A DNA stretch of 64,000 nt, taken from NCBI RefSeq assembly GCF_018350175.1, contig NC_058368.1, positions 118,608,001 to 118,672,000 of the forward strand. Reading direction: 5' to 3'. The translations under genes and the position numbers were made by a program. The notes below the pieces were generated by a model that was not told where the DNA came from, searched no databases, and saw only the letters and a program-made list of their open reading frames with translations. Each line of letters starts with the position of its first letter. The first letter of the stretch is position 1. This stretch comes from Felis catus (taxonomy: Eukaryota). This document shows, one piece after another, positions 11,181 through 23,651 of this stretch.

Positions 11181-13457
11181 AAAATAACATTAGCAAAAAC
11201 CACAGACATAAAAATGAAAGAATATGGAAGGCCGTAGAGTAACTCACAGTAAGGGAGGAAGAACTAAAGAACCAGGTTTGAAAACATACCAGCTCTGGAG
11301 CCCCAGGAACCAGTAAAAAAGGGTCTTCTGAATAATAATTGCAGGTTGATGAAGGTCTAGACTGCTTTTAGTAGTCACCTCACTCTTCTGAAGATTCACA
11401 TTCCCAGGAAGGATAACAACAGGTTGGTCTAGGTTGGGCAGATGAAGAGAAAACAACACACTGTCACTGACAGTTTTAAGAGTATTGCATAAGATGGGAG
11501 CAGGGTAGTTTGCTGGACGGAAATCAGGGAATCCACCATGACAAGAGAAGATAGATACCCAAGCAGACTAAAAAAAAATAACATGCCTGTACGATGCCCC
11601 AAGCTGGGACACACTATTCTATAATAAAGGACCCAAGAACTGTGGGAGATGAGATGCATCTGAATGGAGACTACCACCCAGAAGTTGCTTGTGACTTGTG
11701 ATAAACCTCCTCTCTGCTTGAGATAAGGGCCTATAGATTTGAAAGATGACCCTGCTTCTTTTAGGAGGCATGCCATCTCATCATACCATTCTGTAAGACC
11801 TTTGGGGAATATGCATTGGAAGCCAATAGCCTTTGACCCAGTGATTTGTCTTAAGAAAATAGACTGGGGGACAAAAATGTTTGTGCAAAAAAGTTTACTG
11901 GAGCATTGGTAATAATAATAAAGACGGGGAGATAATCAGATGTCTACTAGGAAGTTGATTAAAAATATCAAGGTACTATGTAGTCTTTAAAAACAAGAGC
12001 AATCTAAGTATATTTGTGGAAATGGCTCCCATAGTTTATTGTTAATTGAGGTTTAAAAAAATCGGGTTACAGAGCAATGTTCTTAGTAAAGTAAATTGTT
12101 TGACTCATCTAGATGTATTGATAGAAAAAGTCTGGAAAGACATTTATCATGAAATTGTTTATTCGGAGAGAGGGTAGATTATTGGGAGGGACTGACCTGT
12201 TTGTTTGTTTTTTTTCTCCATGCTTTACGTTGTCTGCAGTGAGCATATATTTAAAATCATGGCTGGTAATAGATAGCATTTATCCACCACTTAACTGTGT
12301 TTAAGGATGTTTTATGCATATGAACTTAGTTAATACTTGAAACACTGTGTGAGATAGGTACCTTTGACCTACTTTGTATATTAGGAAATTGAGGCTAATA
12401 AAGTCAGGGGGCACCATTTAATCTGAATTCTGTGTAACCCCAGAGGCTGTACTGTTAACCACAAGGATATTCTGTCTCCTGAAGAAAAGAGCAATACAAG
12501 AAGTTCCATTTTGGAGAACACAGACCCTTGCAACAGTTTGCTCTTGGCATCCTATTATTCACAGAGTACAGAGAGCTGGCTGCCTGAAGTGTCTAATGAT
12601 TTTTCAATTGCTTACCCTTTCATTTGGCAGGCTGGAGAGAAAAAAGATGGGGTAAAACATATTGGCCACTTTTCAGGAGTAGTTTGGATAGAAATGATTT
12701 TTTAAAGTATTATTGCAAAAGCTGTTCTGTTCACTGATGTCCAAGCTGCCACGACCAGAGTAGGGTTCTAGATTGATGCTTTCTCACCTCCTCTGGCCTT
12801 GGGACCCCTTTTTTACATCACATAATGCCTTAGCCTCCCCTCCTTTCTGATGTGGTTGTACTTTCCGTATCTGTGGATTGAAGTAATTTTCATTTCCACT
12901 CCATATCCACCCATAGGGCTCATCTGCCACAGGTGGCACTATTGTCCAGGGTCTGATTGTTCAGCAACTCCCTGTCTGTTTATACCACAGTCAAAACTGT
13001 TCCAGAGGGTAGTCAGTCTGATAGGAATTTCAGAGTGTGACATTGCTCTTTTTGCCTTGAGTATCCAAATGCGAAATGGCTAACATTTTCCTTTCTAGAA
13101 AATGTTTTCATGGGAGTTTGAATGCCACCATTTTATCCCAGAGGCAGAATGTTTTGAAGGGCCAGGTAGCAAAAGGAAATTCCTCTGGGGACACTTCTGA
13201 ATTTATTGCTTTCATCTTCAAGTTCCTCTCAGGGCATACAGTGCCTGTGGGGTGTTGGGGCCATAAATAATGCCTGTCTGCTGCTGGTACTTTCCAAATG
13301 GCCCAGTTGTCAGGGAGAGGATGGCAGCAGGTAAACAAACGCACATTTCTTCCCAGAGGCTTTTTCCTCTCTTCTTCTGTAATCTCCATTTGAATCTCAG
13401 GTGTAGAGGGTTGGAATTAATCCTTCTACCTGATTTGTGGCATGGGATCATCACAGG

Positions 13458-13561
13458 TTCCTTCCTTCCTTCCTTCCTTCCTTCCTTCCTTCCTTCCTTC
13501 CTTCCTTCCTTCCTTCCCTCCCTCCCTCCCTCCCTCCCTCCCTCCCCCCCTCCCCCCCCCC
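13458..13561. repeat. (TTCC)n-(CCCT)n-polyC polypyrimidine tract
   Basis: Directly visible. Confidence 0.95.
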
Positions 13562-14492
13562 TTTGAATTCTCTTCCCAGCTGTTAGTTCTTTCCTCCTCT
13601 GAAGACCACCATTTTAATGAGTACTTTAAAATATTTTTTTTTTTTTGTGAGCAAGGTATATTTTTTCTACCTGTATTTTTCAGTTATATAAATTACGATA
13701 TGTGTTGTTCTTTTTCTTTGCTTCCTCAGCATTGTGTTAGGAGCCATCTACATTCTCCTGCCTGCTTCTAGACTGTGGCTTCTGTCTGCTGCGCCCACCC
13801 CCCCCCCCAAGTGTGTAACACTGTGTATCTGTTTTTACAGAGCTGCACACTCCATCTCCTCATGCTTCCAGCTCCTCATGACCACCACTAACACCACAAT
13901 GAACATTTTTGTACATCTTGCACATCTCTCTGTGGGAGAATTTTTTTTGGAATATACCCATGCGGAGAATTGTTGGCCAGTCAAAGGATGTGAATGTACT
14001 TAGTTTGAGGGAATATTTCTCCACAGAGTGGTCAGTTCACAGTCCCATTACCCCTACACGAGGATTTCTTCTTTTCTGCCAACTCTTGCCATTATTCAGC
14101 TTTCTAATTTTCTGTCACCCATATAAATAGAAAATGATAGCTCATTATTGTTTTAATTTGGGTCTCTCTGATAATCAGTAGGTTTGAACATCTCTTTGTA
14201 TGCCTGTTGACTGGGTTTCCCCTTCTGTTTATTGCCTATTCATGTCCTTTGCTCATTTTTCTATTTAATTTGCATTTTTTTCATGTTGATTGGTAAAGTT
14301 CTGTATTTTAGATACTCATCCCTTGTTGGTTGTAGACATTTTAAATACATTTTCCCATTTTGTCATCTATGTATTAATATTATATGTGATAATCTTACTT
14401 GACTGTAAAGCCTTCTTATGTATTGAAATGCATCTTTTTTTATGCCTTCTGGTTTATGATTTTCAAGTTGTGTTTTAAAGAAGGCCTTTCTA

Positions 14493-14690
14493 CAGTGCTT
14501 AGGTGGCTCAGTCAGTTAATGATCCAACTCTTGATTTCAGCTCAGTTCATGATCTCATAGTTGTGAGATGCAGCCCTGCTTAGCACTGGGCATGGAGCCT
14601 GCTTAAGATTCTTTCTCTTTCTTCCTCTCCCCCTTCCTCTCTCTGTCGCTATCTCTCTGTCTCTCTCTCAAAAATAAATGAAAGGAAGAA
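14493..14690 (+). mobile_element. CAN-SINE (old, diverged)
   Basis: aggtggctcagtcagttaa head, CT tract and aaaataaatg tail. Confidence 0.85.
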
Positions 14691-15039
14691 AGCAGGCCTT
14701 TATGACCTATGTCACAAATATATGCACCTACATTTTGTTTTTTGGCTTCATAATTCTTTCTTTCCCAATGAGGTTTCTGATCCAACTGATACCTACCATT
14801 GTATATAGTGTTTCATGAAGATCCAGTTTTATTTTTATCCACACGAAGACTCATTTTTCCCAAAAATGTCATTCTTTCTGGTTTTGACTTACAGTGCCGT
14901 CTTTATTGTGTATTAGGCTTGCATATCTGAGCTCTGTCTCTAGTTCTTTATGTTCTTGGTCTGTTTTCTTATGTGCCAATACCTCTGTGCTTTTCATATG
15001 ATGTCTTTGAGGCAAGTCTTAATGTCTGGTACTCTACTT

Positions 15040-15265
15040 TTTTTTAATTTTTTTAATTTTTTAAGGTTTATTATTTTTGAGAGAGAAAGAGACACAGCAT
15101 GAGTGGGGGAAGGGCAGAGAGTGAGAGGGAGACACAGAATCTAAAACAGCCTCCAGGCTCTGAGCTGTCAGGACAGAACCTGATGCGGGGCTGAACTCAA
15201 CAACTGTGAGATCATAACATGAGCCGAAGTCAAACATTTAACCAACTGAGCCACCCAGGTGCCCT
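15040..15265 (-). mobile_element. CAN-SINE (SINEC)
   Basis: Exact TSD tggtactctactt at 15027 and 15266. Confidence 0.95.
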
Positions 15266-18199
15266 TGGTACTCTACTTCTTAAGATTTGACTTAGCTGCT
15301 TGTGGACCTCTGTCCTTCTGTGTAATTCTAACATAAGTTTGTAAGCTCCTCAAAACCTTAAAACTTTGCTTTAGAATTGCATTGAATTATATAGATTAAT
15401 GCAGAGAAAATTGACACTTTCATAATATTCGGTCATCTCACAAAACTTGGACTATCTTTCCCTTTATTCAGATCGCCTGTGCCCTTCATTAGAGTTTTAG
15501 CTTTCTGCCTAGAGGTCTTGGGTATTCTTGGTTAAGTTAATCCTTACAAGCTAAATTCAAAAATCAATCTGCTATTTTTTGCCAATTCTATGGGCCTCTT
15601 ACCGGGGATCCTGCTGCCATCAGGGGACCTTCCCTGGGTTTGTTCATAGATGTCAGGATTATACATCAGCGATGCTGAGTTTTTTCTTACCTGGTAGAGA
15701 AAGGAAGGGAAAAAAATACAAGTAAGGATACTAGAGAGGAAGGGAGAATGGTTTGTTATTCCATAAGCTGCTTTACCGATCACACACCAGTGCCAGTTAC
15801 CTAGACAGCTGATACCTGTCATGGATTTGCCTCCTTTCTCATTGCAAAGAATGGGACTCTGCCCTGGGCAAGAACCCCTCCTCCCAGTCCACCCTATCTG
15901 GCCCCTTGTGCCTCCTCAGTCTCCATGTCCTATTGCTTGCCCTCCTTTTGACTGCAGCTGTGAGATTTCTCACCAGAGGCTCTGTGAGAATTGGTTTATT
16001 CTCCTTTGAAATGAGCTCCAGTAGGTATCAAGAGAAGAAGCCGAGAAGTGGCCTATTCCCCTCCAAGGCTGCTGTTGTCCTGTAGTCCCAGCTGAGGGAC
16101 AGTTAGAGCATGCAAGAGAGTAATGGGAGGGCAGGCTTTCCTAGTGTGGGTTGATGTCTTCGAAGTTAGAAGTTTTAAATAATAAATGTCACTGCCTACT
16201 TAGTTCTGAAAAGATTAGCTTGTTTACAGAAATGCTACCCTCCCACTGCTTCTCCAGCTGTTTAAAGGCTGAAGGCTGACAAACTGAGCCGCAGAGAGCT
16301 CAGTCTCCTAATCTTGACTTCACAGTGCCACTTTCCTTAATGTGAATATTAATTCAGATTCCATGGGTTAATCAGATTATTTCAAAGGAATACGCCCAGG
16401 TTGCCTCAGACATGCCTTCTTGTGCACTTCAGACTCACCTCGACACCGGCCGTCTGGCTTTTCGAGAGGATCTTGCAGTGGTTTATGGTGCTTCCCACTC
16501 TTGTTCCATGTTTTCTGGTTTGCTCCTACCTGAACCTTTCACTTGGTTTCCCAGCAGGAGTCCAGCATTCCTGGAGCACTTCACTGAATTAATAGCTCTT
16601 GGGAGTTTTTAAGTGCCTGTGGCTCCGGGCAGTGTGAGTGTGGAGGGGAAGGACACCCACAAGTAGAACATGTACCTTTGCCTTTAAGGAGTATATGGTC
16701 TGCTTTTGAGGTTGACAGCACACAGAGATGATAGCCAGATGGCCCAGTGCGTGTGTGGGTGAGTGTAATCGTCATGCTATCTGTAGATACACCTGCTGTG
16801 CAGACAAACTGCCCCGAGCCAGTTGGTTGGAGAGTGAGCTCAGAATGGGGTTCCATCTAGGCTACCAAGATTTAAAAAATGGGAACTTCCTACCTTCCCT
16901 CCTCTTCCTCCAGGAGAAGGAAATAGAGCACTTCCTCTGCTTCCACATCTCAGTCCCTTCTTTTCCTTCCAGTTTGTTGTTAATCTTTGACAGGAATCCT
17001 TTGTGTTTATAAAATGCTCAAGAAGTCACTGGAGTTTGTTATTTACACTGGGTGTTGTGTGTGTGTGGGTGGGGGGGGGGAAGCAGTGATTGGAGAAAGA
17101 ATGCAAAGTTGGAATTAGGATTCACTCATCTGTAGGGTGTAGACATTGAATCTCCTAAACAGCTTGAAAAACAGTTATTTTTACTAACTATAAAAATCAT
17201 ATGAACTCATTGTAGAATGTGCAGGAAACACAGCATTTATTTTCAGAAATTCAATAGAAGTCATCTCTAATACCACCCCAGTGATATTTCCTTCATGTCT
17301 TTTTTTCGTGATATCTTTCTTACATGGATTTTGTCAATGTTGACATGTATTTTGACTTAGTTGGCATTACAATGAATATACTTTTGGTATCCCGCTTTAA
17401 AAAATTTACAAGCATTTTCCCACGTCATGAAAATTGTTTATGAATGCCATTTGCAATGGTTGTTTAATATTCTGTCATAGGATTATATCCACATTTCTTG
17501 AACTATTTCCTGTCAGTGGACTTGAATGTCCCTTCCAGATTTTTGCTCTTATGAGTAATATCAGCCTGAACACTCCTCTACATCAGTTTTTGCACATACC
17601 TCAGATAATTTTCTGTGGGTAGGCCCTGCCATGTGGATTGGAGAGAGCTGTTTTAGTGGAGGGCCACGTGAATCGTGTGGCTTAGCATGCTGGCACACTG
17701 GCTCCGGAACTGTGGGTCAGTGCAGGACATCTTTCAGCTTGCATTGCCTTTTATGTAAAAATGGGGGATAAATAACACCAACTGCCTCACGAAGTTGCCG
17801 TGACGATTGGAGTTTAGCAAAGTGTCTGGCATATTAAGAAATGCTTCATTACCGTTGGTTCTTATCTGTCTCATTATCTGGTCGTGCCAATTACTGTGTC
17901 GTGTGAGAGGGGGAAAGCTCCCTGGATGGGCAGAAGAGTTCCTGAGGGGAGCAGGGAGTGGAGGGTGGCAGCTAACGCCCCTGCTCTTGTCAGGCCTGGC
18001 GCCTTGTGGGTGTTAGTTCATTAAATGACTACATTTCTCGAAGTGGCATATGCCTGCTACTCGTAGTATCTCTGATCGTTTTAGATAGTACCGGGCACAC
18101 ATTTTAAATTCCCATTTGGATTTATATGTTTATTTCCACATTTATTAGGGGGAAAACACATGAACATGTAAACCCTCAGGTTGTGTTAATGCTATTGCT

Positions 18200-18397
18200 T
18201 AGCAAACCAGGAGGCCTTTTCAGTAAAGAGTCAGATAGTAAATGTATTCAGTCTCGCAGTACTATGTAACTCTTGATATTGCAGTGTGAAAGCAGCCATA
18301 GACAACACGAAAGCAAATGCATGCTTGCTAATGAAACTTGATGTACAATCAGGCAGTGGTGTATTTGGCCCACATACTATAGGTTGGTCAACCCTTA
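18200..18397. mobile_element. MER58A-like hAT MITE
   Basis: 'gtaaagagtcagatagtaaat...gtgaaagcagccatagacaac...tttggcccacatactataggttggtcaaccct' resembles MER58A. Confidence 0.75.
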
Positions 18398-19213
18398 GAC
18401 TACTTTTTAAAAACCTACCCTGGTATTAAGCTACCTAAGATGGCATGAAGTTATGGCAGGCAGCATAAAAGCGGTACATCCATGGTGGGCATTAGTGGAA
18501 ATGCTGTTCACAACGACCGAGTTTACAAATGAGCATTAGGCTTTAAGAAGTCCAGGTATATGGTCAAGAAGTAGTGGAGATGATGCTCAAACCAGAGTCG
18601 GCCTGATTGCCAAGGTCACGCCCCACCTTCCTCCACCTCTCAATACGCGTGACGTCTTTCCTTTGTTACGCCATCTTGTCATTTTATGGCAAACCCACTG
18701 GGGCCGTAAGGCCTTCCATCGTCAGCCCCACCTAACCTTCTCAGCTCTTTGCTCTTGAGGAGCCATCCCATATTCCTTCTCAGAGAGCCTCCTCATCAGA
18801 ACTATCAGTGGCTCCTCACATGCTGTGCATGATGCCCAGAGACGGTTAATGTGTGTCGGTGGCTCTGCAGCTTCCCAGGCACGGAAGCGTAACACAGCCC
18901 ACTGCCCTTCTGCATGCATCAGACAACACAGCCAGTGCTGCTTGCGTTCCTGTTACGTACATTCATCATTCTTTCAAGGCCTCATTCAGATCACATTCCC
19001 TGATAGTGTCGGATCCAGTCTTTTCTTGTTCTGTGAGGGCAAGATTGAGGACCAGGAGAGGGGATGGGAAGGTGCCATTACCTTGCTCTGTATGCTTATT
19101 GCCCTACCTCTGATTTATACATTCCCTTCTTCTCTGTGCCTCCGTTTCCTGTCATCTGTAAAACAGGAAAAAGAAAAAAAAAGAGTAAAATCCCTCTTTT
19201 AAAAGAGGGATTT

Positions 19214-19422
19214 TTTTCTTTTTTTAATGTTTGTTTATTTTTGAGACAGAGAGAGAGCATGAATGGGGGAGGGTCAGAGAGAGGGAGACACAGAATCCAA
19301 AGCAGGCTCCAGGCTCTGAGCTGTCAGCACAGAGCTGGACGTGGGGCTTGAACTCACGGACCGTGAGACTGTGACCTGAGCCGAAGTTCGATGCTCAACC
19401 GACTGAGCCACCCAGGCACCCC
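19214..19422 (-). mobile_element. CAN-SINE (SINEC)
   Basis: Typical body. Imperfect TSD of the form aaag(a/g)ggggattt on both sides. Confidence 0.94.
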
Positions 19423-20799
19423 AAAGGGGGATTTGCTCTTAAAGATGGTAGGGAACGACTTCATGGGATCCTATGGGTCCCTGTTTTTAAAAGATTTTAA
19501 AGCCTCAGACATTACTAAGTCCCACAGTCTGAGGAAAGCAGCAGAGGACAGAAAAGAGGATTTTCTTTTTCCTTTTGCTTCCAGTCACCTTCGGCCTTTT
19601 GCTGTTAGAACACCCACAGTTGAGAGGCAAGAGAAGGCAGCCACTGGTAACCAGAATCCCTGTGGGATCAGAGCCATCCAGTGGCTGCCAGGCCTCCACC
19701 GGTCGGTAGCTTATAAATAGAACATTTCCCTTTTTAAACCTGAGAAGGATGGGCTGCATTAATGGGCATGGTGGCCTGGCCTCCTGAGTACTGGCCCACG
19801 AGGCAGTCAGCTGAGCACACCTTCCCCTCCAGCTTTCCATCCACGCCTTCCAGGCCAGGGCTGATAGGGGACAGGCGCTCATTCCCTCTCTTGCCTGAAT
19901 TCCTTTCCAGCCTCCCACCCCCCACCCCTTTGGGCCCTTGGCTTCCTCAGTTCCCCTCCCTCCTGTGCCATGGCAGGTTTCTGTGGCTGCCACTTTTATC
20001 TCCTGAGCCACATGCAGGCAAGATGGTGTAATTCTAGCTCACCTAAGTGCTGACTTTCTCCAGCTTGCTTTCCATTATCACTTGTGCGTGCAACACGGTG
20101 GGTGTGGCCCACGTAGAACTCAAAATTATATTTAGTTGAGCGGTAATACCCTAGCTGGAGAATGATACTGGCTGAGGAGCTGGGGGCTAGCAAGGGAGAA
20201 AGGAGAAAGAGCAGCTTGTTTTCTCAGAGATTTTGTTGCTTGAGATCTCAGCTATTTTGTTTGGTGGGACCCCATCCCCCAAGGATATGACTGGCGATCG
20301 TGCTCCCCTGGCTGGCCTGGACTGTCAGAAGTCTTTCTGCTTGTCTTAAATGACACTTAACAAACCATTCTCTCATCCCGGGCAGGTGTGAACCACCCCT
20401 TGGCATCCTAGTTTGGGCTTCAGCCAAGAACATCGAGCAGGTCCCTGGCTGCATCTTGATCTCCTAAAGCCCAGTGTACAGGGTTGTTGAGGCAGAGACT
20501 GAAAGATTTTCCTCAAGGCCCTCAATTAATGTTTATTGGGCACATACATATTACTGGGCTATGTGCTCAGGGTTTGATGTACATTCTGTTGTTTGATCCT
20601 TATAAGAACTTTATGAGGTAGATAATATTATTGACCTCATATAAAGATGAGAAAACCGAATCCTCATTTTTAGTGCATACTGATGGCCTGTCAAAGTCAT
20701 CCCTTCCTACCCTGATGAGAGTATTCAGAGTGTGCAACTCACATTTTGGCATATAAGAATCAGCAGAGGCTATCAAGTCCTGTTGCCCACAGTGGGGAT

Positions 20800-21050
20800 A
20801 GTGTTGACTGGTAGTTGGGAGTGTGGACTGTGCAGAATTATTAACCTACATGGGTTGTAATCCCAGCCTCACTACTTACTGCATATGTGACCTTGGAAAA
20901 TTAGTTTCCCTGGGTCTCAGGGTTTTTTATCTGTAAGATGGGTATAACTTTATTACCTACATCATTGGTTTGTTGGAAGGATTGAGTGGGATTGGGATGG
21001 AATAGCAGTGCCTGGTAGTCTAAGCAGTCATTAAATGGCATTATCTGCCG
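20800..21050 (+). mobile_element. MIR
   Basis: 'aatcccagcctcactacttactgcatatgtgaccttgg...tttttatctgtaagatgggtata'. Confidence 0.75.
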
Positions 21051-21851
21051 TTGTTGTTATTAATAACGTCATCTTTACCCCAAACCAGAGGCTATTTATA
21101 TAAAAGCATGACAGCCCACTATCTCTCTACAGTTCCTCAGAGTGCTGTTATGGACATCACCTTATCTGATTTTCACAGCAACTGATCTGTACAGATGAGA
21201 AGGGTCCCAGAGGCCAAGTACACCCATATCCCACAACCAGTTAGTGGTAACTCCAGCCACAAATGTTCAGCCTCTGATTATGAATGTCATCTCTAAGACA
21301 GGTAGAAGGTAAAGGCAGGAGAAGGGTGTAAGTGGGCAGGAGAAGTTAGTTCTTTGCTTAAAACCCTTCCTCTTTCAAAAAGGTGGTGATGATCTCTTTT
21401 GGTTGAGAAATCAGTGTGCAACCGCCATGCATCAAGGCAGAAAGGAATTGATGCTTCTCCACTGTAATTCCTTCTCTGGTGGCCCAGATCACCGTGTAAG
21501 AGACCAGGTGGTCCTGATGAAGCCGGTTGGCCTTACCATGGTGTGCGTTAAGCATGGCCCTTGCACAGCTGCCGGATTGGGAATTTTAAGGAGACTGCAG
21601 ATGTAGAAACCTACAAGGAAACAGAGTCCTGCAAAGCCAGTCCGCAGCCCTCATCTTGTGCCTTGTAAGAATCCAGACACTGCCACTTGGGCTGCGGTGT
21701 CTGGCTGAGAACTGGATCGCTCTTCACAGGTATCTTAGAGCCTCTCTTGACTCTGGCGGAGAGCTGGTAGGTTTATTCCAGGCCAGGCAGGGATTTCATC
21801 TCTTTCCTCCTACTTAGTTTGCTTTCTTTACGCTATGTCCCTCTTGGCTTA

Positions 21852-21853
<2 letters not shown>

Positions 21854-21897
<44 letters not shown>

Positions 21898-21914
21898 TGT
21901 GTGTGTGTGTGTGT
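21854..21914. repeat. (TG)~30 microsatellite with one interruption
   Basis: Directly visible. Confidence 0.95.
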
Positions 21915-22199
21915 CCCCACAGAAACCATGAAAAAGAAGATAGGTGCCTTTGTACCTGGTAGGCTAGGGGGAAAATTTTGATTGGCAGTGTTTGTGCTTA
22001 GGGGTCAGGGGATAAATGAGATCCCAGTCAGTCATATTTGTACTGTGCATCCTGCTGCAGGGCCCCTGAACTCTAGAAGGTACCAGTGTGTTCAGCCAGC
22101 TGCTCAGCATTTGAGGTTCCTGGAGTGTGGGGATTTCTCTACCTTTTGGTTTCTGGTGTCTCAGCTGGTGAGAATGTGGATTATATCTGTTGCTTCATC

Positions 22200-22980
22200 C
22201 AGAAAATATTTATTATATTTATTGATGCTACAGCAATGAACAAGGCAGATAACGTCCCTGTTCTCATGGAGTTCTAATGAGAGAAACTGACAGATGGCAA
22301 GTAAACAAAGGTATACATTCAGGTGCAGAGAGGGGCTAGGAAGAATTAAGAGCAAAGAGATAGTGCCTAACTAGAGAAGAGAGAACTAGATACCTGGAGC
22401 AGAGTGGCCTCTCTGAAGAGGTGACATTTGAGCAGAAACCTGAACAAATGGAGGGAGTGTGACGTGTTAGGAGCCAGCAGAGGAACCAGCATGTGCAAGG
22501 GCTCTTGAAGTGGAGGGGGCAAACCAGCTGTGTTCAGGGATTATCGGGAAAGGCTGCAATGACTGGATTGAGGAAGCCAGACGGAGAGTGGCCAAGTAAG
22601 CTGGGACTAGACCGTGTGAAGCCATGGTCAGGAGGAAAGCTTGTGTTCTGAGTGTCATGAGAAGTCCCTGGAGAGTTGTGATCAGGCAAGTGACACATGA
22701 GCCAGTGTGTATTTTTAAAAGATGGCTCTAGCTGCTGGTAGAGAATAAACTGTGTGAGGCAAAAGGAGAAACAGTTGGGAGGCTATTGCAGCAAGCCAGG
22801 CGAAAGACAATGGTTGCTTGGATCAAGGTATTAGCATTGGGGATGGTGAGAAGCAGTTGGGTTCTGGATGTGTTTTTAACTGATGACTGATGAGGTTGGC
22901 TGATAGATTGGAGTGAGGGCAAAGCAAGGATCAAGGATGACTGCGTTGAAGTAGGACATCTTGCTGGTAGAATATGGTAC
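22200..22980 (-). mobile_element. L2 3' fragment
   Basis: Antisense L2 phrases (gaacaaggcagata..ccctgttctcatggagtt, gaggtgacatttgagcagaaacctga, ttgggaggctattgcagcaagccagg). Confidence 0.8.
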
Positions 22981-23437
22981 CCTTCCATCCATCCTTCCAG
23001 CCAGGTTGAATATAGTTGTCTGGTCAGGCACAAATTAAGACAGTTGTTCCCAAATGTGTTATTTTTCTATCATTGACTTCATGTTGTTGTTTTTTTAACA
23101 TATATGTATACCACTAGTATTGTTACTATGTACCTACTAATTTTCTTAAATGAATTCACTCTTTTTAACTTAAATTTATTTTATAAATAGAGTATGTCGT
23201 GCTATGTGTAATAAAAAGGTACATTTCTAATATTCATTGAAATAAGTACACAACTACGACTATTAGAAATATTTGTGAATCATTTGGAGTCATTTCATAC
23301 ACCAGTAGTAGCACAAACAGCATTATATTCTGAGATACATAGCACTGGTAAATGTCTGTTGTTAGATGGGGACTGTGGAACAGATGTTGATAGCTAATTA
23401 ATTCCTAACAATCATTTCTGTTCATCTGTAGTGACAG

Positions 23438-23651
23438 TTTTTTTTTTTTTAAAGCTCATCTATTTTTGAGAGAGAGAGAGAGAGACAGAGCAAGCCGGGG
23501 TGGGGCAGAGAGAGAGAGAGAGAGAGGGAAAGAGAGATTCTCTGCTGTCAGCACAGAGCCCAATGCGGAGCTCGATCTCACAGACCATGAGATCATGACC
23601 CGAGTTGAAACTAACAGTCAGACTTAACCAATTGAGCCACCCAGGTGCCCC
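23438..23651 (-). mobile_element. CAN-SINE (SINEC)
   Basis: Typical head and (GA)n on the + strand. Confidence 0.92.

Larger units (their letters stand above)
13700..15560 (-). mobile_element. Old, degraded L1 fragment interrupted by two SINEs
   Basis: Antisense L1 ORF2-like phrases (ctcattattgttttaatttg, ttgcctattcatgtcctttgctcatttttcta, gaattgcattgaattatatagattaat). Boundaries approximate. Confidence 0.7.

Noticed and set aside
19505..20031. 168-aa antisense ORF and overlapping ORFs in a GC-richer patch
   Set aside because: No recognisable homology or exon structure; compatible with chance in GC-rich intron.
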